DNA of 64,000 nucleotides from Candidatus Bathyarchaeia archaeon (GCA_049515895.1 JBEKTQ010000005.1:1-64000), one strand, 5' to 3'. Shown: positions 39,701 through 49,302, counted from the stretch's first letter. Program-made: numbers and translations. Notes: generated from the letters alone by a model not told the origin.

Positions 39701-42113
39701 CACCACGATAACCGGTAGCCGTATTGTTGTATTGATCCTTAGCAACTACCGTAATATTGCCAGCAGAACCAGATAGGACGGGATTAGGAAAACCAGAAAC
39801 AACCAAAATTGAGGCTGAAGAAGGACTAACAGTAATAGCGCTACTTGTGTTTGATATGTTTCCATCAGTCGCTGTAAGTGTCTGCGATCTGGCGGTATAA
39901 AGCGTGAAACCTGAGAAGACATGAGTGCCATTATCCGCTGTTGTGAAGACATAGACATTGGTTAACGTGAAAGGCAAGGCAGCTTTGCTGTCACTTGAAG
40001 TGAAATAGATTTGGCCAGTATAATCATTTATGACGTTGTTATCAGCATCATACGCTGTCACTGTGACACCATCAAAACCCGAACCTGCAGTTTCAGAAGA
40101 TGGAACAGATATCGCGAAATGATCAAGAGCTACCAAATTGAAAGTGGTTGAACCAGAATTACCGCTTGAATCTGTCACATTAACTATCTTATGGCCTGTG
40201 GAGGATTGCGCAATAAATTTTGCGCCCGAAAATGAACCAGTCGAGTCGGTCGCAACATTTTGTGGAGAAGTAGATACTGTTGCTCCAGCAAATTGCACCA
40301 TTATGTTTGATTTCGCAGCAAAGCCTTCTCCAGATAGTGTCACTGAAGTGTTGTTGAGACCACGAATCGGAATAACACTGATTGAAGGGATAATAGCGAA
40401 ATTGATGTTTGCAAAGTTGACCCAATCGGTCGTCAATACCGTTTTTTCGCCTGCGGTGTCTGATGAAACATTAAAGGTTGCCTTGAAGCCGCCAGCCGCG
40501 TTCGTAGTCACATAGGAGGGATCTGTTGCTATTGGGCTCCCATCAAAGTTGATAGGTATGTTTGAATAAGAAATAAAGTTTGAACCCGTTACCGTGACCA
40601 ACGTTCCCACTGGACCGCTCGCAGGACTCAAAGTGATGCTAGAAGTCATGACAGTGAAAGTTGCAAAAGCAGAATTAGATGCACCATCCACGATAGTAAC
40701 AGTTTTGTCGCCTGCCGTTGAACCGGCGGGGATTATGAATGTGGTACCAGGAGGGATATTGCCCGACACATCAGTGGCGGCGGAACCGCTGAGGGATATC
40801 GGTGAGCCACTAAAAGTGGCTGAAAGCAAAGAGTTAGCGGCAAAACCGCTTCCAGAAACCCCAATTGTATCACCAGTTGGGCCACTTACGGCGGAAAGCG
40901 TGATGGCAGAACTACTCAGTTTCACAGCATCTGCCACAATAGCCCAAGCATAGTTTCCGTCAAAAGCGCAGTTTACTGACAAGCTGGTCAAGGGTCTAGT
41001 TGGATTACAGTATTCAGTCCAGACTGATCGTCCTTGGTCTTCAGGGGATGTATTGTCGAATGCACTTTGCACAGGCAACACCTGCGTGAAACCGGCTCCT
41101 GGTGTCACTGTAGGGTTTTGATTATCGACTTCTACGGCACCTATGACAAAATCATTTGCATTGGTAGTTGTTGTAAGAACGTTTGCTGTAGTTCCTGTAC
41201 CACGACTAGATTTGACAGATGTTTGAGGAGGCCCGTCAAAAGGCGAACGCGTGTTGACACCGCTAACTGCGAGTGCCACTACTGCCCAATTGTAATCAAA
41301 TACATCCTGCGGCGATGACAAACTATCAGTGATTGAAATTGTACCGCTAGAAGGCATAATGGCATACCAGGTTTCCAAGACTGCGTCACCTCCCGCATTG
41401 CCAGTTCCCGTGGATAGAGCTCTCTGACTCCAGGTTAAACTAGGAGTAGACCGAGGAGTAGTGGCTTTATCAGAATCATCGAATATTGCCGCCACATACA
41501 CCAAATCATTCGCTTTGGTTGTTGTAAGAGATAATGTCAAGCTACTAATACTACTATAAGTGGAGGCTTCCCCGTCTAATCCATTGGAATTTGAAGGACC
41601 TTTGTTAACCATTTGGGTAGTACTTGGGGAAGCCGCTATGGTGTTTCCTCTGGCTGTTAAGAACCAAAAAGTAAACTGGTCAGAAGATGACACGTTGGGG
41701 ATATTAACCGAATTGAAGTATTTAGTGATGCTTCCCGGCTGCAGGACGATCGATGAAGCTGAGTTGCCGACTGCGGAGTTCGTTAAGTCTTTAACCCATA
41801 ATCGAACTATTTGAGATGGAATGGGACCGTTATCTTCAATGGAGCAGCTTATGTAAACTATGTTGTTTCCCGGGAATGCCGCAGGTTTCACGATTGATAA
41901 AGTTGCCAGTTCTGTGCTCCGATCGGCCGCCATCTGCGCGACTTGACCCACGGTATCTTGATACGCAGTGTTTCTGTTATTATAAAAAGTGTAAACGTTG
42001 AAAAAGAGGAAAAGAATTACAAGAACTAGGAATATAGCAGATATTATGCCCGCATAGCCTTTTCGATTATTAATTAGTCTGTTGAAGGGTTTAGCACGAG
42101 AATGAATCATCAA
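36792..42113 (-). CDS. Giant pilin-like adhesin with IPT/TIG- and Ig-like repeats
   Basis: Class III signal peptide NRKG|YAGIISAIFLV; Ser/Thr-rich beta modules; about ten repeats with GQ..T.TA...YQW...VTDS pattern. Confidence 0.85.
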   Translation of the reverse strand: MMIHSRAKPFNRLINNRKGYAGIISAIFLVLVILFLFFNVYTFYNNRNTAYQDTVGQVAQMAADRSTELATLSIVKPAAFPGNNIVYISCSIEDNGPIPSQIVRLWVKDLTNSAVGNSASSIVLQPGSITKYFNSVNIPNVSSSDQFTFWFLTARGNTIAASPSTTQMVNKGPSNSNGLDGEASTYSSISSLTLSLTTTKANDLVYVAAIFDDSDKATTPRSTPSLTWSQRALSTGTGNAGGDAVLETWYAIMPSSGTISITDSLSSPQDVFDYNWAVVALAVSGVNTRSPFDGPPQTSVKSSRGTGTTANVLTTTTNANDFVIGAVEVDNQNPTVTPGAGFTQVLPVQSAFDNTSPEDQGRSVWTEYCNPTRPLTSLSVNCAFDGNYAWAIVADAVKLSSSAITLSAVSGPTGDTIGVSGSGFAANSLLSATFSGSPISLSGSAATDVSGNIPPGTTFIIPAGSTAGDKTVTIVDGASNSAFATFTVMTSSITLSPASGPVGTLVTVTGSNFISYSNIPINFDGSPIATDPSYVTTNAAGGFKATFNVSSDTAGEKTVLTTDWVNFANINFAIIPSISVIPIRGLNNTSVTLSGEGFAAKSNIMVQFAGATVSTSPQNVATDSTGSFSGAKFIAQSSTGHKIVNVTDSSGNSGSTTFNLVALDHFAISVPSSETAGSGFDGVTVTAYDADNNVINDYTGQIYFTSSDSKAALPFTLTNVYVFTTADNGTHVFSGFTLYTARSQTLTATDGNISNTSSAITVSPSSASILVVSGFPNPVLSGSAGNITVVAKDQYNNTATGYRGVMHFTSSDAAAVLPSNYTFQLSDNGVHTFSNGVTLNTIGVQSITATDTPSSSISGSQTNITVNPPWGALTVSDSPNAIDRGQTSSLTSNAVTTGTSPYSYQWLQKAPNAGSYSSISGATSSSYSFVTSGSTTIGPWSFELQVTDSNGGCINSSALVVNVNSAPTVSVSPASWTMDIGQSETLTATAGGGSGTYTDYQWFVNGSARSIGTSSTFNFVASSFGSYLITVAVTDSLGGTSSLSSPATVNVNASPTVGIAPLGPLTMDVGQVQTFTATVSGGSGSPSYQWYLDGSAVGTNSPNYSYSAAGTSHSVACKVTDSAPTPIASPVSNIVTIMVSASPTVSIAPAGSFTMDAGQTLQYTAASVGGSGTIHYQWYVGSATVGTDSSSYTYTASGASASITCKVTDSASTPVTSLASNVVSVTVNSALVAPAASASKSTVDQGQTASLTSIAVSTGTSPYSYQWFSEAPSAVSYLSISGAISSTYSFVTSSSTATGTWSFELKVTDSAGAPAVVTSAAVSIVVNSGPSVSITPSSWTIDVGQSETLTANPTGGSGTYSSYVWYVDSTLQSGQTTSTFSYSPSSAGSPSITVTVSDSLGGFSSQSAAPSVTVNSAPTVSVSPSSLAMDVGQSETFTASASGGSGSLSYQWYLDGSAVSGQTGISYSFTTSSAGSPTIYCKVTDSASTPFTVQSNTPLVTVAALPTVSVAAVGPFTLDVGQVQTFTATVSGGSGAIHYQWYLSGSVVSGATASTHSFSGSVGSYSVTCMVTDSASMPVTSPASNAVTITVAASPTVSIAPVGPLTMDAGQVQIFTATASGGTGTLSYQWYLAGSAVSGANSASYSYTAAGTSHSITCKVTDSASTPVTSASNAVSVTVNSALVAPTASASPVTVNLGQTVHLTSTAVSTGSGGYTYKWMISSGGAYSAISGATTAAFDYVTTATGSFTFKLVVTDLTNAQVTSAATASVTVK

Positions 42114-42627
42114 AGTCCCTCCCGCTTCCTGTTATTATTCGAAGGGTATAGTAGCCAGAACTGAGGTTTGCCGAGGGTTTTACCGTGAAGTATCCTTCAT
42201 CGCCTTTGTTCAAGCTGTTCATCGATATGGCCGTTCTGTCGCTTATTCGGTAGAGCTGTCCGATATTATAGGTTCCAATGGGTTGGCTTGAACTGTTCCA
42301 CAAGTACAATCGATCCAATGTCACGCCGTTGCTTAGCCCAGAATTAACAACGTAAACTGTCAATTGATCGTTAGCACTTGAATAATTTACATATTCAAAA
42401 GCTATGCTTTCTTCAATTGAGTTTTGGCTGTTGCCTACTGTGTTGGCGTATTGTGTGTTGGCGATGTTGCCCCAAGAGTACGCCCAATACAGAACCGCGA
42501 TGCCGGCTGCTATTACTCCCGCGGTTATTATCATCGTTGTTAGGGCTACGCTTACCGCACGCTTGCCGAATAGGAAATTTCGTATAAATTTCGCTGGTTT
42601 TGAACGTCTGATTCTTTTTGTGTCCAT
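42091..42627 (-). CDS. Archaeal type IV minor pilin
   Basis: GKRA|VSVALTTMIITAGVIAAG class III signal peptide. Confidence 0.8.
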   Translation of the reverse strand: MDTKRIRRSKPAKFIRNFLFGKRAVSVALTTMIITAGVIAAGIAVLYWAYSWGNIANTQYANTVGNSQNSIEESIAFEYVNYSSANDQLTVYVVNSGLSNGVTLDRLYLWNSSSQPIGTYNIGQLYRISDRTAISMNSLNKGDEGYFTVKPSANLSSGYYTLRIITGSGRDFDDSFSC

Positions 42628-42628
42628 T

Positions 42629-44401
42629 TTATCTGAAACCTCCTGCTAGAGGTGCTATTAAGAGATTAGCTATGGGCAGCAGTATCAGGGCGACTGCGAT
42701 AAGGATTGCAGCGTGTTTGAAACCTGCAGATGTCTCGCCTGAACTTATTTTGCCTGTAACTAAACCTACGAAGAAAACTTGAAACATTAATGGCGGCAAA
42801 ATCAAAGTAGCCACCATCGAGAAAGGAATGGATTGGTTGCTGTAGGAACCCATAACAGTTCCGCTAAAGCCCAGAAAAATTATGGTTGAAAATAAAAGAA
42901 TGCCCGCACCAATGTAAGGCATGATAGCTAAGGGACGAAGACTTTGATTTTTTTCTTTTTCGAGTGAAGACAGTGTCTCGCTGAAGTGGGTCAAGGTTTC
43001 AAGGGTTTCGGGCGTTCCGCCTCCAACTGCAATAGCGTCTACCAAAAGGTAAACGTTAATGAGAGCAATCCAAGATTTTATTTTTTCCTTAAAAGTTGCA
43101 TAGATCACTCCAAACGGCAACCCCCAACGGATCTGTATTGTGGCTGTTTCTAGAATCGGAGTGAACTTTCCGTAGTTTCGACCCGATAGGTTTTCTATGC
43201 AGTTCTCGGGTGAAGCCCCTGTTTTGCGGGCTTCGGTGAGGTCTCTCATGAAGCTGGACACCTCATGCTCCACGCCTTTTCTTTTTTGTGCGTAATAACT
43301 ATTAGCTATAGCTGCAGGTATTGCTCCAACCAAGAGCGCTATTCCCATACCTAAAGCTGCATCATACCCGGCTGACAAACGGAGAACGTTACCGAGCCAT
43401 ACGATAAAGCCTGCGAAGGGTGCGGCAAATGAAAGAGTAAGCGAAGATGCAGCGAACGGAACAAACATGGTAATAATCAGAAAAAGAGTGAGAGGAAGTG
43501 TCGCTAAGAAGACCTTGTACGTTCTCCAATCATTTAGCGGGCGGCTTATCTGCTGAGAATCAGAGAGGTAAATGAAGAGCAGCGAGATTAAAGGCAAAAT
43601 TATGTACCCATAGAGTAGGAATGTGCTTGCGGATAAGTTGCCATGCCAGAATTGTTGGAGGGAGAGTGTAGTCATGAACATTATGGTGAGAGTTAACGTC
43701 ATAAGTATGGTTATGGTTATGTAGGTTTCCATTAGCGTACTGGCTCTTTCACCGAACGTCTTGACTTTTGCAGCCAGGTCTTTGAACATAGCTTCGGTGC
43801 GAACTACAAGATAGTGAATGACATCTCCCCCTGTTCTGAGCGTGGAAGTATAGCCGAGCATAAGATCTTTATAGTCTTTAGAAGGAAGATTTTGCGCTGA
43901 TTTTTCAATTGCAGAAACAGGATCCGAACCCTTCACTTGAACATCGATTTCTATGTCGTTAACCGCTTTTGAAAAGTTAGGAAGTAAATCGCAGTCCTTG
44001 AGTCTTTTCAAGCTCTCATAAGGCGACAAACCACCTGTCGCCATCACGCTGATATACGCCCCAGCGAAAGGAACCTCTAAATCAAGTTTTTGAGCCCGAT
44101 CTTGAGCAAGAATTTTCGGAATAGCATATCCAAGAAGTATTACCAAAAGAGGAGCCGGCGCGATGAAAATAAGGCCGGTGAGAATTATTATGGATGCTGT
44201 AAGGATTACTGAAAGGATAAATATGAACCCAGCAACAGAAAAGTATGCTTGAGGAAATATTTTGAGTCCAGTGTCTTCCAAGATTTTTTCCAGTTTGACG
44301 CGGCTATTAGAATAAAATGCCCTTGCTAATAATCTGCCCATCCAGCCGAAATATTGGTAACTGAAGCTAGCGAACGAAAACTCGTTTTTTGCCGTTTTCA
44401 C
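42629..44401 (-). CDS. Type IV pilus membrane platform protein (T2SS-F/TadC/ArlJ family)
   Basis: Two T2SSF domains (ATGGLSP..; RKTGASP..GGTPETL) with TM blocks. Confidence 0.9.
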   Translation of the reverse strand: MKTAKNEFSFASFSYQYFGWMGRLLARAFYSNSRVKLEKILEDTGLKIFPQAYFSVAGFIFILSVILTASIIILTGLIFIAPAPLLVILLGYAIPKILAQDRAQKLDLEVPFAGAYISVMATGGLSPYESLKRLKDCDLLPNFSKAVNDIEIDVQVKGSDPVSAIEKSAQNLPSKDYKDLMLGYTSTLRTGGDVIHYLVVRTEAMFKDLAAKVKTFGERASTLMETYITITILMTLTLTIMFMTTLSLQQFWHGNLSASTFLLYGYIILPLISLLFIYLSDSQQISRPLNDWRTYKVFLATLPLTLFLIITMFVPFAASSLTLSFAAPFAGFIVWLGNVLRLSAGYDAALGMGIALLVGAIPAAIANSYYAQKRKGVEHEVSSFMRDLTEARKTGASPENCIENLSGRNYGKFTPILETATIQIRWGLPFGVIYATFKEKIKSWIALINVYLLVDAIAVGGGTPETLETLTHFSETLSSLEKEKNQSLRPLAIMPYIGAGILLFSTIIFLGFSGTVMGSYSNQSIPFSMVATLILPPLMFQVFFVGLVTGKISSGETSAGFKHAAILIAVALILLPIANLLIAPLAGGFR

Positions 44402-46362
44402 GCCGCCACCTTAATTTCTTTTTCGACCACTTTGGGGAATTGGTTTTCCAAATAGTAATTTGTGATGTGTTTGGCTAACTCGACATTTTTTCTGATGCCC
44501 TTGACTTTAAGATCCTGAATAAAATTGGCGCGTGCTTCGAGCTCCGACAAGACTTCATCCATGGATATATTATGCCTTGAGGCAATTTTCTTGAGCTGAT
44601 CGCTTTTTCTTAGATTCACGGCGAAGCTGTCGTTTGTTGGGTTCCAAGAACTTATCGTTTTATACTTCTCGTAATCGATCACTTCCATAATGGATTTGAT
44701 CCTTCTTCCGAATGTCATGCCTCCAACTGCTGAGTTGGGAAGTTGAACTCTTTCCACCATTGCGGCTACGTTTATCAGCGGAATATAGGTTGGAGCAACG
44801 TTCATAGGGGGACTTGTTAGTCTTTTAACTGTGTAGTCTAGGCTTTCAGCATGAAGTGTTGTTAACCCTCCATGACCTGTAGCTAATGCCTGAAAGAGTA
44901 CGAAAGCTTCTTCGCCCCTTATTTCACCGACAACTATGTAGTCTGGTCTGTATCTTAGAGAGGTTCTTACTAAATCGAAAAGGGGTACTTCTCCCGTCTT
45001 CATGATTCCTAAACCATAGCTTGCTCGCGCCACCAGTTGAACCCAATTTTCATGTTGAAGGTTTAACTCTGGAATTTCTTCCACTGTAACTATCTTCATT
45101 GAAGGCTTAATGAGGCTTGCCAGAGCGTTTAGAGTGCTTGTTTTTCCCGCGCCTGTGCCGCCCATCACCGCTATTGTCATTCTATTCTCGATGAGAAGCC
45201 AGAAATATGCTGCAATCTCCTCGTTCAAGGTGCCCATTTCCACTAAATCAACTATGGAGAATGGCTCTTCTCGAAATCTTCTTATGCTGAAAGAGCCGCC
45301 TTTAGGTGATACTTCACGTTTGAAGGTTGCAGCAATCCTGTCTTTTCCGGGAAGCATCGCGTCCAAAAGTGGAAAAGCTGTTGAGATATGCTTGTTCGCC
45401 ATGTGAGTTAATTTTACAATAAGATTATCCAACATGGTTTCGTTGGTGAAAATCAGATTTGTGGGCATGCTTTCGTATTTTCTGTGCCACACATATACTG
45501 GCAATCCAACGCCATTAACTGACAGGTCTTCTATCATCGGGTCGTTCATTATGACGTCGATATCCCCGAAGCCGATCAGGTTTCTATGAAGGTAATACAT
45601 AATTTTGGGCCATGATTCATCGCTTATTCTTTTGGTTAAACCGTATTTCTTAGCTAATCTTCGGGCCTCTGCTTCAACGTGAGACTTGGGATCAACTCCG
45701 TTTTTAGGAGGTGCCAGTTCCTTGCTTATGATTTCAAGGAGAGTGCGTAATGGTTCTTTCTCATTTTCTAAGGGTTCAACTTCATCTATGTAGTAGGCTT
45801 TCCCACTGCCTAGTTCCTTCAATGAAGCGATAATGACTTTTGAGAAGGGAGAGACTATATCGTATGTTTCTGTGGTTTGAGCATCAGATGGTAGTTTACC
45901 GAAAAAAGCGGTTGGCGTCTGAGGAAGTTGTGTCTTAGCGAACAAACCCGAAAACAGCTTCTTATGTACGGTTTTTCCAGGCTCTGGTTTTTCAACCTGA
46001 ACCTCAGCGTCAGTTGCAGGATTCACTGGAAGTTCAACGCTAACCGTCGGCTGTTCAGACGCTTTTGGCTCATCCAAACTTTCGGTCACAGATTTATCTT
46101 TTTCAGTTGTTTCAGGCTCGCCACTTTCGGCGTGTACCGCTTCATTAGATCCAAAAGACTGCGGGGAAAGGCCCTGAACTTCCTGGGAAGATTCAGTAGC
46201 TGAACTTGTAGTAGCAGTCTGGTGTTGTTCGGAACCTTCAGATTGGTAGCTCGCGATATCAGTTGCTTCGTCTTTCAACTCCGATTTTGGCCAGCGACCA
46301 AATCTAAATAGACGTTCCTTTAATCGAACAATTCCACTAATCTTTCCTTTCTCCTCATTCAT
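44398..46362 (-). CDS. Type IV pilus assembly ATPase (VirB11/TadA/ArlI family)
   Basis: GGTGAGKT, VEEIPEL, LRYRPDYIVVGEIRG, TGHGGLTTLHA. Confidence 0.93.
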   Translation of the reverse strand: MNEEKGKISGIVRLKERLFRFGRWPKSELKDEATDIASYQSEGSEQHQTATTSSATESSQEVQGLSPQSFGSNEAVHAESGEPETTEKDKSVTESLDEPKASEQPTVSVELPVNPATDAEVQVEKPEPGKTVHKKLFSGLFAKTQLPQTPTAFFGKLPSDAQTTETYDIVSPFSKVIIASLKELGSGKAYYIDEVEPLENEKEPLRTLLEIISKELAPPKNGVDPKSHVEAEARRLAKKYGLTKRISDESWPKIMYYLHRNLIGFGDIDVIMNDPMIEDLSVNGVGLPVYVWHRKYESMPTNLIFTNETMLDNLIVKLTHMANKHISTAFPLLDAMLPGKDRIAATFKREVSPKGGSFSIRRFREEPFSIVDLVEMGTLNEEIAAYFWLLIENRMTIAVMGGTGAGKTSTLNALASLIKPSMKIVTVEEIPELNLQHENWVQLVARASYGLGIMKTGEVPLFDLVRTSLRYRPDYIVVGEIRGEEAFVLFQALATGHGGLTTLHAESLDYTVKRLTSPPMNVAPTYIPLINVAAMVERVQLPNSAVGGMTFGRRIKSIMEVIDYEKYKTISSWNPTNDSFAVNLRKSDQLKKIASRHNISMDEVLSELEARANFIQDLKVKGIRKNVELAKHITNYYLENQFPKVVEKEIKVAA

Positions 46363-46435
46363 TCCATTTTTCTCCTTTGAATCCTAAATAATTTAAAACA
46401 AAAAACTCGAGGGAGTCATCAACGCAATGACACGG

Positions 46436-46885
46436 TTAAGGTAGCACCACCACCTCAGGATATTGATTTCCAGCGGCAGTTTGAACCATAAGGTTAACAT
46501 TCATTCCAGACACAAAGTTAGGAGCAGTTATGGCAATATTGCCACTGAGGGTTCCACCTGGCACAATTGGAGTTGCAGCAGTGATGCTCGAGACCGCGGT
46601 ATTGTATGATGACAAAGGTTGGCCATTAAGGAACATTGTGGCAGGATCAACTGTTGCAGTCGCAGTTCCTGTGTTTTTGAGCGCAAAGTTAATTTGGTAG
46701 TTTGTAGGTGCGCCCGTAACGTATGCACTTGTGAAGGTAAGTTTTTCGAATCGTGTGAATGACGTGCCAATTCCCATTGCCCAGTAGGCAACGGCGATAG
46801 CCATGACTATGGCAATAGCGACTATAATGATTGTAGCAATAACCGTGCTTATGCCCTTCCTACTCTTTCGGTAGTTTCTCTTCAC
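46436..46885 (-). CDS. Archaeal type IV major pilin candidate
   Basis: SRKG|ISTVIATIIIVAIAIVMAIAVAYW; GGAGGTGA SD; first gene of operon. Confidence 0.88.
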   Translation of the reverse strand: MKRNYRKSRKGISTVIATIIIVAIAIVMAIAVAYWAMGIGTSFTRFEKLTFTSAYVTGAPTNYQINFALKNTGTATATVDPATMFLNGQPLSSYNTAVSSITAATPIVPGGTLSGNIAITAPNFVSGMNVNLMVQTAAGNQYPEVVVLP

Positions 46886-47194
46886 TCATTTCACCTCCAC
46901 TCAGCCAAAAGTTTTGAGCCCAATAGTCCGCACAGGTAATCTCACACTTTCTACAATAAAAGAACCCATGAAAAGAGATTATAGAACAATGTTATAGAAG
47001 AATAGTTCATTGCCAGTTTCTTTGTAGCGTTTGATGGGAAAGCTGCAAATAGCAAGTTAACAAATAATGAGAATCAAAAATCAAACCAATTTGTAGGAAA
47101 ACACAGCCATTGGGATAATGCTGATCCTGAATTTTGTTTTTGCATTCATAACTTAATTATTCTTTGAACCAACGCATTAGATCGAGGGAAAGCC

Positions 47195-47371
47195 ATGGTC
47201 GAAAAGAAAACCATAAAACGTTTGATAAAAATCTCATGCGCAGTCCAAGGCGTCAACGCTCTGATAGACGGTTTCTTATGGTTCACCTCAGGCTTTCACG
47301 TTCCTTCCCTAGCCATCTCCATCCTCATCTTGGGCTACTCAGTCATACTTCTAGCATATGATAAACTTTAA
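47195..47371 (+). CDS. Small 2-TM hypothetical protein (58 aa, below ORF-track cut-off)
   Basis: MVEKKTIKRLIKISCAVQGVNALIDGFLWFTSGFHVPSLAISILILGYSVILLAYDKL; GAGGG upstream. Confidence 0.5.
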   Translation: MVEKKTIKRLIKISCAVQGVNALIDGFLWFTSGFHVPSLAISILILGYSVILLAYDKL

Positions 47372-47545
47372 CTAACTCTCGTCGACCCTATTTTAGGCAC
47401 ATAATCTTGGCTTGAAGCATTTCTCCTTAAGGCAGTCAGCATAACTCGTAATAGTTCACTTCAAAAGTCTACAAACACTTCAATTCACTCGGCGGCGCCC
47501 GAATAGCAGGAAGAAACGGGTATTTAGGCGCAAAGCTTTTAAGCA

Positions 47546-47599
47546 AATCTGTATAACAGATATACACTTGAGGGAATCTGTATAACAGATATACACTTG
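47546..47599. repeat. Tandem 25-bp direct repeat, each copy with palindrome ATCTGT-ATA-ACAGAT
   Basis: AATCTGTATAACAGATATACACTTG at 47546-47570 and 47575-47599. Confidence 0.9.
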
Positions 47600-47718
47600 G
47601 GGATAAGGAGAAGGGCTAAAGCTAAAAGTCTGAAACCTGTCAGAATAAATGCCGCCGAAAAGCCATTGTCTGCGCCAATTTCAGAGAATATAAATTTTGA
47701 AGTCGTCAATGGGCAAGC

Positions 47719-48111
47719 ATGCGGGAAGCCATTATGACCGTAATAGAACTAAATAGACCTAAGCCAGAAAGACGGGACAAACTGGTCATAATGACTGAAA
47801 TCATAGGCATTGCTATTGAGGGCGCCTCGAAAACTCAAATAATGTACAAAGCCAACCTCAGTTTTAGCCAACTTAAACGATACCTAACGCTTCTTTCACA
47901 CCATAGTCTTTTGAAAAAATCTGCACACGCTGGAAGAGAAATTTATAAAGCTACACCAAAAGGGGTTGAGTTCATTGAAATACAACGACAATTAATAGGC
48001 CTAATAAGTGAAAAGCGACCCAGAAACGGCGTTAAGCCTGGCCCATTCGACCGTAAAGTAAGCGAGTGGTTTGTGTTTTCAAATCGGCATAAATGTTATT
48101 TAACGACCTGA
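47719..48111 (+). CDS. Winged-helix transcriptional regulator (archaeal HTH_45-like)
   Basis: RRDKL.I..EI, KTQIMYKANLSF.QL..YL, YKATPKG. Confidence 0.85.
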   Translation: MREAIMTVIELNRPKPERRDKLVIMTEIIGIAIEGASKTQIMYKANLSFSQLKRYLTLLSHHSLLKKSAHAGREIYKATPKGVEFIEIQRQLIGLISEKRPRNGVKPGPFDRKVSEWFVFSNRHKCYLTT

Positions 48112-48356
48112 TGAAGCGGAAAAGGTTTAGGCGTAAAATGGTCGGCCTGTCAAAGAAACAAAAGAAAATGATGGAGCTCCTGCAAATTAAGCCGGACATG
48201 ACGACGAAGGAAATCGCAGAATTGATTCTCGGTAGAATTGTGCAATACAAATCAAAAGAATATGCTTCAGTCCACCGCAGTTTGATTTCCCTAGAACGCA
48301 AAGGATGCATCCAGAGGGTTCACGTCGCGCTTAGATGGCGTTTAGCAAACAAATAG
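48110..48356 (+). CDS. Small winged-helix-like DNA-binding protein
   Basis: MTTKEIAELI...SVHRSLISLERKG; start uncertain. Confidence 0.6.
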
Positions 48357-48734
48357 AAAAATGAGGAAACTCCTCTTAAGGAACAATCTAACTCCCTTTA
48401 GCAGGCGCTAAAACTCGAAAGAGTAAGAATTGGGCTTCTTCTTGTTTCTGCTCTCGAATTCAAAACCCTACTGCCTAATATTTCATTCAAGGTAATACCT
48501 TCTTTGAAAAGCGATAAAGAAACTTGTGCTCAAGCAGAACCCCAAAAAATCCAAATAAACCCACATAATGCGAGCATAGCGAGAAGCGGCCTCTGCACGC
48601 ATGTAATCATACCCAAGGCAAATACTCCGCGGCCATAGCTGGTAAGGGATTATCAAAATACGCGTTCGTAAAGGAGTTAACGCGAACAAACTCCTTAATA
48701 ACTTAGTCCAATAACCTTACTGTTCAATGTAAAG

Positions 48735-48941
48735 TTGGCAAATATGTCAGAAGAACCAGCAAAGAAACATACAGGGAAATGCTTCGACTGCGAAGGACAA
48801 CTTGAGTTAATCGAACTTGACGTTGAGAAGGGAACAAGAATCATGATATGCCAAAAATGTGGTTTGTATCATTTTCTCAAGAAGGATTTTTTTAGTGGAT
48901 GGAAGCTTTCGAAAGTGAGCAAAAAACCAACCATAGAATAA
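48735..48941 (+). CDS. Small zinc-ribbon protein
   Basis: CFDC...CQKC. Confidence 0.65.
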   Translation: MANMSEEPAKKHTGKCFDCEGQLELIELDVEKGTRIMICQKCGLYHFLKKDFFSGWKLSKVSKKPTIE

Positions 48942-49066
48942 TAAATAGTTTGCACGGAAGGAAAACAGGTTTGTTCTCAGTATGTTTCAAACATGTTTTT
49001 CAAATGTGAATTATAGGTTCATAATCTTTTAGTTATTCTTAACATGTAATACGTTTCTGATTTCAA

Positions 49067-49189
49067 ATGAAGAGCGAAAAGAAGACTGAAACCAAAATGT
49101 CTGATGAAGAAGACATAGTTTCATGGGTTGTCGAGGAAGTATTGGTAAAGCACTCGACTAAAGCCAAAACAGCAAAAAAAGAAAAATAA
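49067..49189 (+). CDS. Possible 40-aa peptide
   Basis: MKSEKKTETKMSDEEDIVSWVVEEVLVKHSTKAKTAKKEK. Confidence 0.35.
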   Translation: MKSEKKTETKMSDEEDIVSWVVEEVLVKHSTKAKTAKKEK

Positions 49190-49302
49190 AATCTATTCAG
49201 GTTTTGGCGCGAGTGCTGTGGAATCAAACGAAAAGTAATCAAAACTGAAAAACTGAATTCCGCTTTTTAGGTGTGCAAACATCAGCTTCTCCTTACTGTC
49301 GC

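Noticed and set aside
47546-47599. Mini CRISPR array
   Set aside because: Only two repeats separated by 4 nt; no spacer and no cas genes in the window.
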